Shown here in pieces: positions 1-8,743 of a stretch of DNA of 32,000 nucleotides (position 1 is its first letter; every line of letters starts with the position of its first letter). Position numbers and translations under genes: made by a program. The stretch comes from Vibrio alginolyticus NBRC 15630 = ATCC 17749 (GTDB taxonomy: Bacteria; Pseudomonadota; Gammaproteobacteria; Enterobacterales; Vibrionaceae), in assembly GCF_000354175.2 (NCBI RefSeq), contig NC_022349.1, positions 1,530,001-1,562,000 of the forward strand. The letters run 5' to 3'. The notes under the pieces were generated by a model, which saw only the letters and a program-made list of their open reading frames with translations, had not been told where the DNA came from and made no database searches.

Positions 1-2
1 AA

Positions 3-581
3 GTGTATTTACTTGATGATTGGCAAGCGTTCAGCTTCAACCGAGATTTAACGAAAGACTTCAAACTGCTTAATGATAAAGATTGGCAGTTTAGGCCACT
101 GACCACTGATGAAGAGTTTCAGCGTGCCAAAGAGTTATATGACATGCTTTACCTTGATAAATACAGCCTCAATAACATACAGTTTTCAACCCAATATTTA
201 AAACAGGCGAGCCAGAACAAATTAGTACAGTTAGTGGGACTGTTTTATCAAGAAGAGATGCTGGCTACGTTAGGCATTGTAGAAATTGATAATGATATGA
301 CTTGCCCAATTTTTGGCTACGATACCAATAAGCCACAACGCCTCGCATTGTATCGTCGAATATCGGCCTATACCATCCGCCACGCAATGATATTCCAGCG
401 TCGCTTTAATATGAGCTCAGGTGCTCCGGCTTTTAAACGCAACAGAAAAGCCCGGCCAGAAATTGAATTTAGCTATGTTTATATTGCGCACTTACCTTGG
501 TACAAACGCATAATTTGGAAAAGCTTATGCTGGCTCACTCAGCACTTTTATCGCCCTTTGTTGATGCGTTTTCAGCTATAA
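3..581 (+). CDS. Hypothetical protein, C-terminal portion (gene continues upstream of the window); only a weak, from-memory resemblance to GNAT/FemAB-fold (Mig-14-like) acyltransferases
   Basis: The ORF is open to the left window edge (the track starts at a GTG at position 3, with no upstream stop visible). It ends at 581 and is followed by a strong terminator hairpin at 629-658. The family guess rests on general sequence style only. Confidence 0.4.
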   Translation: MYLLDDWQAFSFNRDLTKDFKLLNDKDWQFRPLTTDEEFQRAKELYDMLYLDKYSLNNIQFSTQYLKQASQNKLVQLVGLFYQEEMLATLGIVEIDNDMTCPIFGYDTNKPQRLALYRRISAYTIRHAMIFQRRFNMSSGAPAFKRNRKARPEIEFSYVYIAHLPWYKRIIWKSLCWLTQHFYRPLLMRFQL

Positions 582-628
582 ACCGACATCTATAATCAGG
601 TAAGCCTGCGTACACAGTCTCAATCGAT

Positions 629-658
629 AAAAAAGCCTGCGACGTTCGCAGGCTTTTT
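629..658. terminator. Bidirectional rho-independent terminator between the convergent hypothetical gene and abgT
   Basis: AAAAAA-GCCTGCGA-cgt-TCGCAGGC-TTTTT: a perfect 8-bp GC-rich stem with an A-run on one side and a T-run on the other. Confidence 0.8.
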
Positions 659-687
659 ATAATGGAGCTGTGTGAGGTAACCGTTTT

Positions 688-2274
688 CTACGGTGTGTAG
701 TATGTTGCTGCGCCAGGGCCTACTGGTAAACCAAATACGAATACCCATAGGTAGAACAGCACACTCCAACCTACAATGAAGCAGATTGAGTAAGGTAGCA
801 TGGTCGCGATCAGCGTACCGATACCTAAGTTCTTCATGTAACGAGTCGCTACGGCAAGAATCAAACCAAAGTAGCTCATCATTGGAGTAATGATGTTTGT
901 CGTCGAGTCACCAATTCGGTAAGCAGCCTGAATCGTTTCCGGTGCATAACCAACAAGCATCAACATAGGAACAAAAATCGGAGCCGTTACTGCCCACTGT
1001 GCCGATGCCGAACCAATCATTAGGTTGATAAATCCACACATCAGGATGAAGGCAAAGAACAACATTGGGCCAGTTAAGCCAATTTCTTGCAGGAAGCTAG
1101 CGCCAGCAACCGCGAATACCTGACCGAAGTTAGTCCATTTAAAGAAAGCAACGAACTGAGCCGCAAAGAAAACTAATACAATGTACATGCCCATAGAAGA
1201 CATAGATTTCGCCATTGCATCAATTACATCGCGATCCGTCTTCATCGTGCCAACAACTTTACCAAACACAAAGCCTGGAATAGCAAAGAACACAAAGATG
1301 AATGCCACGATACTTTTCAGGAATGGTGAACCTGCAATTGTACCTGCATCAGAACGTAGAATGCCGTCTTCTGGAACAACCGTCCAAGCAAGCAGCGCTG
1401 AAACAACCAGTACAGCAACACCTGCTAGTTTTAGGCCTTTCTTCTCAATGTCTGTTAAGCCACCCATTTTGTCGTTCGACAAATCTTCTGAGGCTTCTTC
1501 TTCACTGTATTTGCCAAGCTTTGGCTCAACAATTTTTTCAGTAACAAACGCACCTGTGATTGCAATGAAGAATGTCGACACAAACATGAAGTACCAGTTA
1601 ACTTCTGGACCAACAGTGTAAGTTGGGTCGATCATTTGCGCCGCCGTTTCAGTAATGCCTGACAACAGCGGGTCAACCGTACCAATAAGTAGGTTTGCTG
1701 AGTAACCACCAGATACACCAGCGAACGCCGCAGCAAGACCGGCAAGTGGGTGACGACCTAAAGAATGGAACAGCATTGCAGCCAGTGGAATAAGTACCAC
1801 ATAGCCAAGCTCTGATGCCGTATTTGAAATGATACCCGCGAAAACGACCGTCACTGTTACCATGCGTTGAGATGCACCCATGACTAAGCCACGCATTGCT
1901 GCAGATAGCAAGCCTGAGTATTCAGCAATAGCAACACCCAACATAGCAACCAATACCGTACCCAAAGGTGCAAAGCCGACAAAGTTTTTCACTAGATTGG
2001 TAACGATTAGCTCAAGGCCATCAGCGTTAAGCAAGCTAACGACATGAATCATGCCATCCGCGGCACGACCTTTTGCACCCTCAGGACGAGGGTCAACTAC
2101 GGAAACTTCGAAGTATCCTGCAATACCCGACATCACCAGAATGGCTAAACAGAAAATGGCAAATAGTGTGATCGGGTGGGGTAATAAGTTCCCCAAATAT
2201 TCGACAGTATCCAAAAAGCGCGTAAACAGCGGCTTCTTAGGCGAGTTTTGTTTAATTGAATCAGATGAACTCAT
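688..2274 (-). CDS. abgT: AbgT-family (p-aminobenzoyl-glutamate / MtrF-type) transporter
   Basis: 528-aa polytopic membrane protein. Its N-terminus (KKPLFTRFLDTVEYLGNLLPHPITLF) and overall pattern are typical of the AbgT family. A strong SD (AAGGAGGG) lies upstream of the ATG at 2274. Confidence 0.8.
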   Translation of the reverse strand: MSSSDSIKQNSPKKPLFTRFLDTVEYLGNLLPHPITLFAIFCLAILVMSGIAGYFEVSVVDPRPEGAKGRAADGMIHVVSLLNADGLELIVTNLVKNFVGFAPLGTVLVAMLGVAIAEYSGLLSAAMRGLVMGASQRMVTVTVVFAGIISNTASELGYVVLIPLAAMLFHSLGRHPLAGLAAAFAGVSGGYSANLLIGTVDPLLSGITETAAQMIDPTYTVGPEVNWYFMFVSTFFIAITGAFVTEKIVEPKLGKYSEEEASEDLSNDKMGGLTDIEKKGLKLAGVAVLVVSALLAWTVVPEDGILRSDAGTIAGSPFLKSIVAFIFVFFAIPGFVFGKVVGTMKTDRDVIDAMAKSMSSMGMYIVLVFFAAQFVAFFKWTNFGQVFAVAGASFLQEIGLTGPMLFFAFILMCGFINLMIGSASAQWAVTAPIFVPMLMLVGYAPETIQAAYRIGDSTTNIITPMMSYFGLILAVATRYMKNLGIGTLIATMLPYSICFIVGWSVLFYLWVFVFGLPVGPGAATYYTP

Positions 2275-2503
2275 CTGTTCCCTCCTTGTTTTTATTCCTA
2301 TGCAAATGTGACAAAAATGTCAAAAAGCGTGCGAAGGGTACTTGAGTAGAAGGTCAAATAAAAGCCCTAAATGTTACAAACTGTGACGAATAGAGGCATT
2401 TATAACCAACATTGAATAAAAATGTAGATATTTCATCCATGTAAGATAATTAACTCAACATTATCAATTAAACAAAACCATAAGTTAGATATATGCAGGC
2501 TGA

Positions 2504-2629
2504 TTACTTTTGCACAGCTTTGAATCTCGGGTTCGTTTTACAAATGACATAAAGACGCCCTCTCCGTTTTACAATCTGACAATCCGGATGACGACTTTTT
2601 GCACTTTTTAATGATTTTACTACCTTCAT
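2504..2629 (-). CDS. rpmJ: 50S ribosomal protein L36 paralogue (type B, YkgO-like), 41 aa; not in the supplied ORF track
   Basis: Manual translation of the minus strand gives [41 protein letters not shown]. The ATG is at 2629-2627 and the TAA at 2506-2504. It starts 4 nt downstream of the rpmE2 stop. Length and sequence are L36-like. Confidence 0.85.
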   Translation of the reverse strand: MKVVKSLKSAKSRHPDCQIVKRRGRLYVICKTNPRFKAVQK

Positions 2630-2632
2630 GAT

Positions 2633-2893
2633 TTATTCCTTTTCGCTCTTAAATTGACCAAAACGACGGTTGAAGTTCGCAATGCGACCTTCGGTTTGTA
2701 CAACGCGCTGTTTACCGGTGTAGTACGGGTGAGAAGCTGACGACACATCTAACGTAAAGTAAGGGTAAGTTTTGCCATCTTTCCATTCGATGGTTCTCTC
2801 CGTTTTCAACGTAGAACCAACGACAAAGTACTTATCTACACTGGTGTCGTGGAACACCACAGGACGATATTCAGGGTGGATTCCTGGTTTCAT
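2633..2893 (-). CDS. rpmE2: 50S ribosomal protein L31 type B (Zn-independent paralogue, YkgM-like)
   Basis: 86 aa starting MKPGIHPEY...HPYYTGKQ, an L31 signature. The protein contains no cysteine at all (C-minus form). It is paired with the L36 paralogue and preceded by a Zur box. Confidence 0.9.
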   Translation of the reverse strand: MKPGIHPEYRPVVFHDTSVDKYFVVGSTLKTERTIEWKDGKTYPYFTLDVSSASHPYYTGKQRVVQTEGRIANFNRRFGQFKSEKE

Positions 2894-2912
2894 AATACTT
2901 TTCCTTTTAATT

Positions 2913-2935
2913 AAATTGTTATGTTATAACATTTT
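2913..2935. promoter_or_regulatory. Zur box (zinc uptake regulator operator) upstream of rpmE2-rpmJ2
   Basis: The sequence is aaatTGTTATgttATAACAtttt. The TGTTAT-N3-ATAACA inverted repeat with AT-rich flanks matches the gammaproteobacterial Zur consensus GAAATGTTATAATATAACATTTC. It lies 20 nt upstream of the rpmE2 ATG. Confidence 0.7.
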
Positions 2936-2952
2936 AATTAATAATCATTATC
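2934..2952. promoter_or_regulatory. Second Fur-family-operator-like palindrome (ATAATCATTAT core) abutting the Zur box
   Basis: ttaattaATAATCATTATc matches 14/19 positions of the classical Fur box GATAATGATAATCATTATC, including 12 consecutive 3' positions. Which regulator binds it, if any, cannot be told from sequence. Confidence 0.3.
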
Positions 2953-3007
2953 AACAAGAAAAGCAAGAGAAATTTGTGATACTTTTCATCTCAATGAATT
3001 CTTAAAG

Positions 3008-3712
3008 ATGTCCACCATGTATTCCATCGAACCCATCGGCGTCATTGAGACACCGTACAAAGAAAAGTTTGCAGTTCCGCGCCAACCACGCTTAGTACCA
3101 GAGGCTAAAGCACGCGTAAAACTGTTAGGTGCAGCAAATAGCCCTGAAGCAGTGCGTGGGCTAGAACAGTTCTCTCACGTTTGGTTGTTGTTTCTATTTG
3201 ATCAGAATCTGGAAGCTGGTTGGAAACCAACTGTACGTCCGCCACGATTAGGCGGCAATGAACGAATTGGTGTCTTTGCCTCGCGCTCGACTTTCCGTCC
3301 AAACGGAATCGGAATGTCAGCCGTTGAAGTGAAAGGAGTCACTAAGCAAGGCGATCAAATCTATCTTGATTTAGGCAGTGTAGATCTCGTGGATGGGACA
3401 CCGATTGTGGATATTAAGCCTTATATTCCCTATTCGGATTCTATTTCGGAAGCACAAGGCGGATACGCAGACCAAGAGCCAGAAAAGTCACAAGTCACCT
3501 TTTCTGCTCAAGCATTAGCAACGATAGAAAATCGATCCGATACTGACTATGTAAGATCAGTCATTGAACAAGTTCTGGCACAAGATCCTCGCCCTGCATA
3601 TAAGAAAAACAAGCCGGACGACAAAGAATATGCGGTAAATTTGTTCGACTTGAACGTAAAGTTCACAGCAACAAGCAACTTAATAACGGTTACCGCTATT
3701 GAAAGCTTTTGA
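3008..3712 (+). CDS. trmO: tRNA (N6-threonylcarbamoyladenosine(37)-N6)-methyltransferase TrmO (YaeB/TsaA family)
   Basis: 234 aa. IGVIETPYKEKFAVPRQP...TVRPPRLGG...RSTFRPN.IGMS...DGTPIVDIKPY...AQDPRPAY is near-colinear with E. coli YaeB as I recall it. It sits next to proS, as in E. coli. Confidence 0.85.
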   Translation: MSTMYSIEPIGVIETPYKEKFAVPRQPRLVPEAKARVKLLGAANSPEAVRGLEQFSHVWLLFLFDQNLEAGWKPTVRPPRLGGNERIGVFASRSTFRPNGIGMSAVEVKGVTKQGDQIYLDLGSVDLVDGTPIVDIKPYIPYSDSISEAQGGYADQEPEKSQVTFSAQALATIENRSDTDYVRSVIEQVLAQDPRPAYKKNKPDDKEYAVNLFDLNVKFTATSNLITVTAIESF

Positions 3713-3823
3713 CAAACGCAATTGGCTGATATTATAGACGGCTAACAAATTTCCCTTTCGGGAACTCCCATACTCCTGCTTATTCAAGCTTGAGTATCTA
3801 ACTTAAATAAACGGATAAATTTA

Positions 3824-5539
3824 ATGCGTACCAGTAATTATCTTCTTTCTACTCTGAAGGAGACTCCAAACGACGCAGAAGTAGTGAGCCACCAGCTCAT
3901 GCTACGTGCAGGTATGATCCGTAAGCTGGCTTCAGGTTTATACACCTGGCTACCTACTGGTCTACGTGTACTGCGTAAAGTCGAAAACATCGTTCGTCAA
4001 GAAATCGACAATGCAGGCGCAGTCGAAACTTTGATGCCCGTTGTTCAGCCGTTTGAACTATGGGAAGAGACAGGCCGCAGCGAAAAGATGGGCCCTGAGC
4101 TACTTCGCTTTACTGACCGTCATGTTCGTCCGTTTGTACTTAGCCCAACCGCTGAAGAAGTGATCACTAGCCTTGTTCGCAATGAAGTGAGCTCTTACAA
4201 ACAGCTTCCGCTAAACCTGTACCAAATCCAAACTAAATTTCGTGACGAACGACGCCCACGTTTTGGCGTAATGCGTTCACGTGAATTCTCAATGATGGAT
4301 GCGTACAGCTTTGACATTGATAAAGACGGACTACAAAAGTCATACGACGCAATGCACGATGCTTACTGTAAAGCATTCGATCGCATGGGTCTGGATTACC
4401 GTCCTGTACTTGCAGATAGCGGTGCTATCGGTGGTAGCGGCTCTCAAGAGTTCCACGTACTGGCTGAAAGCGGCGAAGATATCATCGCATTTTCTAGCGA
4501 GTCAGATTACGCGGCAAACATTGAAAAAGCAGAAGCACTAGCTCCAGCCTCTGAGGCTGCGGCACCAACACAAGAAATGACGTTGGTTGATACGCCAAAC
4601 GCGAAAACAATCGCTGAATTGGTTGAGCAGTTCGAACTACCAATTGAAAAAACAGTGAAAACACTGTTTGTGAAAGCATCTGACGAAGTTGATACGCCAA
4701 TCATCGCGCTTATTATTCGTGGTGATCATGAACTGAACGAAGTGAAAGCAGAAAACCTTCCTCAGGTTGCAGCTCCATTGGAAATGGCATCTGAAGAAGA
4801 AATTCGTGAGCTTATCGGTGCAGGCCCTGGTTCACTAGGCCCTGTTGGCCTTAAACTGCCGTTCATTGTTGACCGCAGCGTTGCGGTAATGAGCGACTTC
4901 GGTGCGGGCGCGAACATCGATGGCAAACACTACTTCGGTATTAACTGGGGTCGTGATGTAGAGCTTGGTCAAGTTGAAGACCTACGTAACGTTGTGGAAG
5001 GTGACCCAAGCCCATGTGGCAAGGGCATTATCCAGCTTAAGCGTGGTATCGAAGTTGGCCATATCTTCCAACTAGGTAACGCTTACTCCGCAGCGATGAA
5101 CTGTGGTGTACTGGGCCCTGATGGTAAGAACGTCATCCTAGAAATGGGTTGTTACGGTATCGGTATCACTCGCGTAGTAGCGGCTGCTATTGAACAAAAC
5201 CACGACAAATACGGCATCATCTGGCCAGATGCAATCGCACCATTCCAGGTAGCGATCGTTCCAATGAACATGCACAAGTCAGAAGAAGTGAAAGAAGCCG
5301 CTGAGAAATTGTACGCTGAGCTAACGGCAATGGGCATCGAAGTGCTATTTGACGACCGTAAAGAACGCCCAGGCGTAATGTTCTCTGACATGGAGCTTAT
5401 TGGTGTACCGCATACAATTATTATCGGTGACCGCTCAATGAAAGAAGGCAACTTCGAATACAAGAACCGTGCTACTGGTGAGAAAACAGCAGTCGCAATG
5501 ACTGACATTGTTGAGCACGTAAAAGCTCAACTAAAGTAA
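3824..5539 (+). CDS. proS: Proline--tRNA ligase
   Basis: 571 aa. The N-terminus [46 protein letters not shown] is the bacterial-type ProRS signature. A class II core and the editing insertion domain are present. Confidence 0.95.
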   Translation: MRTSNYLLSTLKETPNDAEVVSHQLMLRAGMIRKLASGLYTWLPTGLRVLRKVENIVRQEIDNAGAVETLMPVVQPFELWEETGRSEKMGPELLRFTDRHVRPFVLSPTAEEVITSLVRNEVSSYKQLPLNLYQIQTKFRDERRPRFGVMRSREFSMMDAYSFDIDKDGLQKSYDAMHDAYCKAFDRMGLDYRPVLADSGAIGGSGSQEFHVLAESGEDIIAFSSESDYAANIEKAEALAPASEAAAPTQEMTLVDTPNAKTIAELVEQFELPIEKTVKTLFVKASDEVDTPIIALIIRGDHELNEVKAENLPQVAAPLEMASEEEIRELIGAGPGSLGPVGLKLPFIVDRSVAVMSDFGAGANIDGKHYFGINWGRDVELGQVEDLRNVVEGDPSPCGKGIIQLKRGIEVGHIFQLGNAYSAAMNCGVLGPDGKNVILEMGCYGIGITRVVAAAIEQNHDKYGIIWPDAIAPFQVAIVPMNMHKSEEVKEAAEKLYAELTAMGIEVLFDDRKERPGVMFSDMELIGVPHTIIIGDRSMKEGNFEYKNRATGEKTAVAMTDIVEHVKAQLK

Positions 5540-5584
5540 GCACTCGACGAGTTCGCATTTGAAGTAATTTCAAATAGTTAAAAA

Positions 5585-5611
5585 GGGTTGGCTTCGGTCA
5601 GCCCTTTTTTA
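5585..5611 (+). terminator. Rho-independent terminator of proS
   Basis: GGGTTGGC-ttcg-GTCAGCCC stem (two G.U wobbles, UUCG tetraloop) followed by TTTTTTATT. Confidence 0.75.
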
Positions 5612-5718
5612 TTACAGCTCAACATCCTCCCTCCACCTTTTTCGAACTATTCACTTTGTTAATCTTTGGTTCAGCTTCTTGCTATTAAACTGATTTCATC
5701 ATCTAAAGGAGGTCAGTT

Positions 5719-6387
5719 ATGGATTTAAAAAGTCTTCTAAACCAAGCACTCAAATCAGACTTACTTAAGCAAGGTGCAGATGCATTGGGCAAACAAACCA
5801 ACAACATCAAATCCTCATCAAATTCAAGTAGCCTAAAAACGCTAGGAGCAGGTGCTGTAGGCGGAGGCCTCATCGGTATGCTGATGGGCTCAAAGAAAAG
5901 TAAAAAAATGACTAAAAAAGTAGGGTCAAGCGCATTAAAAGTCGGTGGCGCAGCTGCGCTTGGAGCCTTGGCCTACAAAGTGTATAACGACTGGCAAGCC
6001 AAGCAATCCGGTCAAGGTGTTCAAGAAACCTTTGACCCCGATGACAGTAAACACAGTGTCTTAATTTTAAAAGCAATGATTGGAGCTGCAAAAGCTGATG
6101 GTCACGTTGATGAAGAGGAAATGGCGCGCATTGAACAAGCTCTCGCGGATATGGGCGCAGATGAGCACGTTCGTCACCTCGTTCAGCAAGAGTTAAACAA
6201 ACCGCTTGATCCTGCTGAAATTGCTAATCAGGCGACCTCTCCTCAACAAGCGTCAGAAATTTACCTGGCGTCTTTGATCGTCGCTGATGAACAAAACTTT
6301 ATGGAAAAAGCGTATCTGCAAGAACTAGCAAAACAACTTCAACTTTCACCAGAAGTCACCCAGCAGTTAGAAGCACAAATGCAGTGA
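5719..6387 (+). CDS. DUF533 / TerB-like inner-membrane protein (YebE family)
   Basis: 222 aa with a Gly/Ala-rich hydrophobic segment, then a C-terminal TerB-like helical region (ILKAMIGAAKADGHVDEEEM...YLASLIVADEQ). Strong SD AAAGGAGG. Confidence 0.6.
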   Translation: MDLKSLLNQALKSDLLKQGADALGKQTNNIKSSSNSSSLKTLGAGAVGGGLIGMLMGSKKSKKMTKKVGSSALKVGGAAALGALAYKVYNDWQAKQSGQGVQETFDPDDSKHSVLILKAMIGAAKADGHVDEEEMARIEQALADMGADEHVRHLVQQELNKPLDPAEIANQATSPQQASEIYLASLIVADEQNFMEKAYLQELAKQLQLSPEVTQQLEAQMQ

Positions 6388-6498
6388 TTAAATCTCGCTC
6401 AAGCAAACCTTCAACTTGAGCCAAAACAACTCTGTACTTTGAGTTTCAAATCCGCTGTGTGTATATTGAGATAAGTTATCATTTAGTGGAAAGAAAAC

Positions 6499-6705
6499 AT
6501 GCAAGTATACGGCTGTTGTGAACTGGTTCGTGAGCTTTATGCTCAGATTGGTAGTGGCGATCAAGCTTATATTCCCCAAGCAATTTCATGTGCAGTTAAA
6601 GCACTGAACGATGTTGCAGCGGATGAGTCCCTGCCTAAAGAAGTGCGTGAAAAAGCGGCATTTGCTGCGGCAAACCTACTGATTTCAGATTTTGAGGATA
6701 AGTAA
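6499..6705 (+). CDS. yaeP: UPF0253 protein YaeP
   Basis: 68 aa. [29 protein letters not shown]...[16 protein letters not shown] closely parallels E. coli YaeP as recalled. Confidence 0.7.
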   Translation: MQVYGCCELVRELYAQIGSGDQAYIPQAISCAVKALNDVAADESLPKEVREKAAFAAANLLISDFEDK

Positions 6706-6896
6706 TGAATCTAGCGAACTTTGAATCCATGGATCCTGTCATGCTGATGAGCATTGTGAATATGAAGCTACGCGACGACTTCGGTGGTGACTTAGATAAA
6801 CTGGTGGCTTTCTTCGATATCGAACGCACAGCACTGGAGACAAAACTGGCTTCTGCTGGTTTTGACTTTCTTCCAGAAGCAGGACAATTCCGTTAA
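6705..6896 (+). CDS. DUF4250 domain-containing small protein
   Basis: 63 aa. The MDPVMLMSIVNMKLRDDF motif is typical of DUF4250. The start overlaps the yaeP stop (TAATG), implying translational coupling. Confidence 0.55.
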   Translation: MNLANFESMDPVMLMSIVNMKLRDDFGGDLDKLVAFFDIERTALETKLASAGFDFLPEAGQFR

Positions 6897-6942
6897 TCAA
6901 CACCATTCTTGGCGGATAACCGAAACGAGAATAACCAATATC

Positions 6943-6982
6943 AAAAAGGGCTTGATGAGTTACCATCAAGCCCTTTTCTTTT
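6943..6982. terminator. Bidirectional rho-independent terminator (DUF4250 gene / NSS transporter)
   Basis: AAAAA-GGGCTTGATG-agttac-CATCAAGCCC-TTTTCTTTT: a perfect 10-bp stem. Confidence 0.8.
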
Positions 6983-7000
6983 ATTCGATAGGCGTCTCGG

Positions 7001-8374
7001 TTAGCCAAATGAAGCCCAGATGACTGTCGCCACAAGAATTGGACATACAAACTTCACATACGCAGGCCATAACTTACCAAACCAACCTTGCGTAAACTCC
7101 GGGCAACCTTGCTCAAGTTCTTTGATTTTTGAGTTGCGATTCCATACCCAACCACCAAATAAGCAGAATAAGAGCGCAGCGGTTGGTTGTAGATATTGAG
7201 TAGCAACCGTCGCGACCATACCAAACAGAGCGCCAAAGTTATAAACAATCACCACACTGAACAAGGCAATGAGACCACCTAAAACCCAGCTCGTTGCGCT
7301 GCGCTTAGTATTGAAGCGCTCACTCACTAAAGCCACTGGACACTCTAACATTGAAATGGAAGACGTTAGCGCCGCAATCGTCAGCAATAAGAAGAACACA
7401 ATAGAGAATAATTGACCAAGCAAACCTAAACTATCAAACATTAGTGGCAATACCGTAAACACTAACGTATCTGAGCTTAAGAGAGAGCCATCTTCTGCAT
7501 AGATTTGAACGCCCTTTTGCATTGCTACAAACATCGCTGGCATCACCACTAACCCTGCAATGAAAGCAACGGCAGTATCTACCATGGTCACGTTCATCGC
7601 CATCTTTGGTAGGTTTTCTTTCTTACTCAAGTAAGATCCGTAAATCAGCATTGAACAGCCACCGATCGTAAGCGAGAAGAAGCCCTGTCCCATTGCAGCA
7701 AGAATCAACTTGCGGTCCCATACCTTTTCAAAATCCGGCACTAGGTAATGTTTCAGACCTTCCATCGCACCGTTTTGCGTCATGATGTAAGCAAATAGCA
7801 GAGCAAACAGAACAAACAATGCTGGCATCAAACGTGTGGACCACTTTTCAATACCTTGTTTTACGCCACCTTGTACGATGAGAATCGTCAGTACATAAAA
7901 AGTAATGGTTCCGAACAAGTTACGTTCAACACTAAAGCCCTTTAGCCATTGAGTTGCAGCTTCTAACCCCATTAGATCTGTGATTGCACCCAGTAAAAAG
8001 CAGATCAACCAACCACCAACAATTGAATAAAACGCTAAGACAGCGCTTGGTACGCTTAAACCAATCCAACCCACAATGCCGCCGAGATTTTTACCGGTAG
8101 GGTTATCTGTGATTGCACGCATACTGTCTACAGGGTTGGCTTGACCATGGCGACCAATCGCCATTTCAACCACCAGCATCGGAAATGCGACGATAAGAAT
8201 CATCACCAAATAAACTAACAGGAAAGCACCGCCACCATTACTGGCTGCTTGAGTTGGGAAGCCCCAAATATTGCCAAGGCCAACTGCGGCACCTGCGGCA
8301 GCTAAGATGAACCCGAGACGAGAGCCAAAATGCTCGCGAGGCTGAGAAGAGGTTTGCTGTGTCATACTACTCAC
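7001..8374 (-). CDS. Sodium-dependent transporter, neurotransmitter:sodium symporter (NSS/SNF) family
   Basis: 457-aa multi-span protein with the N-terminal NSS signature RLGFILAAAGAAVGLGNIWGFP. The substrate cannot be inferred. Confidence 0.8.
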   Translation of the reverse strand: MSSMTQQTSSQPREHFGSRLGFILAAAGAAVGLGNIWGFPTQAASNGGGAFLLVYLVMILIVAFPMLVVEMAIGRHGQANPVDSMRAITDNPTGKNLGGIVGWIGLSVPSAVLAFYSIVGGWLICFLLGAITDLMGLEAATQWLKGFSVERNLFGTITFYVLTILIVQGGVKQGIEKWSTRLMPALFVLFALLFAYIMTQNGAMEGLKHYLVPDFEKVWDRKLILAAMGQGFFSLTIGGCSMLIYGSYLSKKENLPKMAMNVTMVDTAVAFIAGLVVMPAMFVAMQKGVQIYAEDGSLLSSDTLVFTVLPLMFDSLGLLGQLFSIVFFLLLTIAALTSSISMLECPVALVSERFNTKRSATSWVLGGLIALFSVVIVYNFGALFGMVATVATQYLQPTAALLFCLFGGWVWNRNSKIKELEQGCPEFTQGWFGKLWPAYVKFVCPILVATVIWASFG

Positions 8375-8743
8375 ACAAAAATATCATTGAACTAGCTAAC
8401 TAGTACACTATAGCAATATTCACTATTCAACAAGAGTACCTCGGTTAAATCCTCGACAGTTGAAATAATTTATAGTCATTCAGCTTGTAAATTTTAACGT
8501 ACATCTCATATTCATCGCTCAAAAGCCTCGTGACTGTTGCTCGTTTCACGTGGCTGAATTTTACCAATCCTTCTGCCGTGAAGTGAGCCGAAAAATAATG
8601 AGCTCTGGTGTAAGGGACGAACTGTTCCTCGTGATACTGTGTCGAAAAGCAGAATATTGTGCTTCGCTTTTTCCCCCTAATGTCTATTTATCAGCTAGTT
8701 ATTACTCTGTTCTCATTTATACCCATGATTCAAGGAGAGGAAA

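Noticed and set aside
1181-1621. 146-aa and 80-aa plus-strand ORFs inside abgT. Similar long antisense ORFs lie inside proS (5152-5508), nqrE (20533-20910), nqrB (22346-22699), nqrA (24582-24989) and the DUF4397 gene (31189-31434, 31532-31810).
   Set aside because: They sit entirely antisense to well-supported conserved genes. Their composition is low-complexity or odd (Ser/Thr/Pro-rich), and there is no SD or family resemblance. This is the usual by-product of codon bias on the opposite strand.
2307-2322. CRP-like half-site pair TGTGA-caaaaa-TGTCA upstream of abgT
   Set aside because: The second half-site matches TCACA at only 3/5 positions, and the region is AT-rich, so the match is not distinguishable from background without a scored scan.
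6739-7050. 103-aa minus-strand ORF spanning the DUF4250 gene, the bidirectional terminator and the 3' end of the NSS transporter
   Set aside because: It crosses a strong terminator hairpin and overlaps two better-supported genes, so it is spurious.
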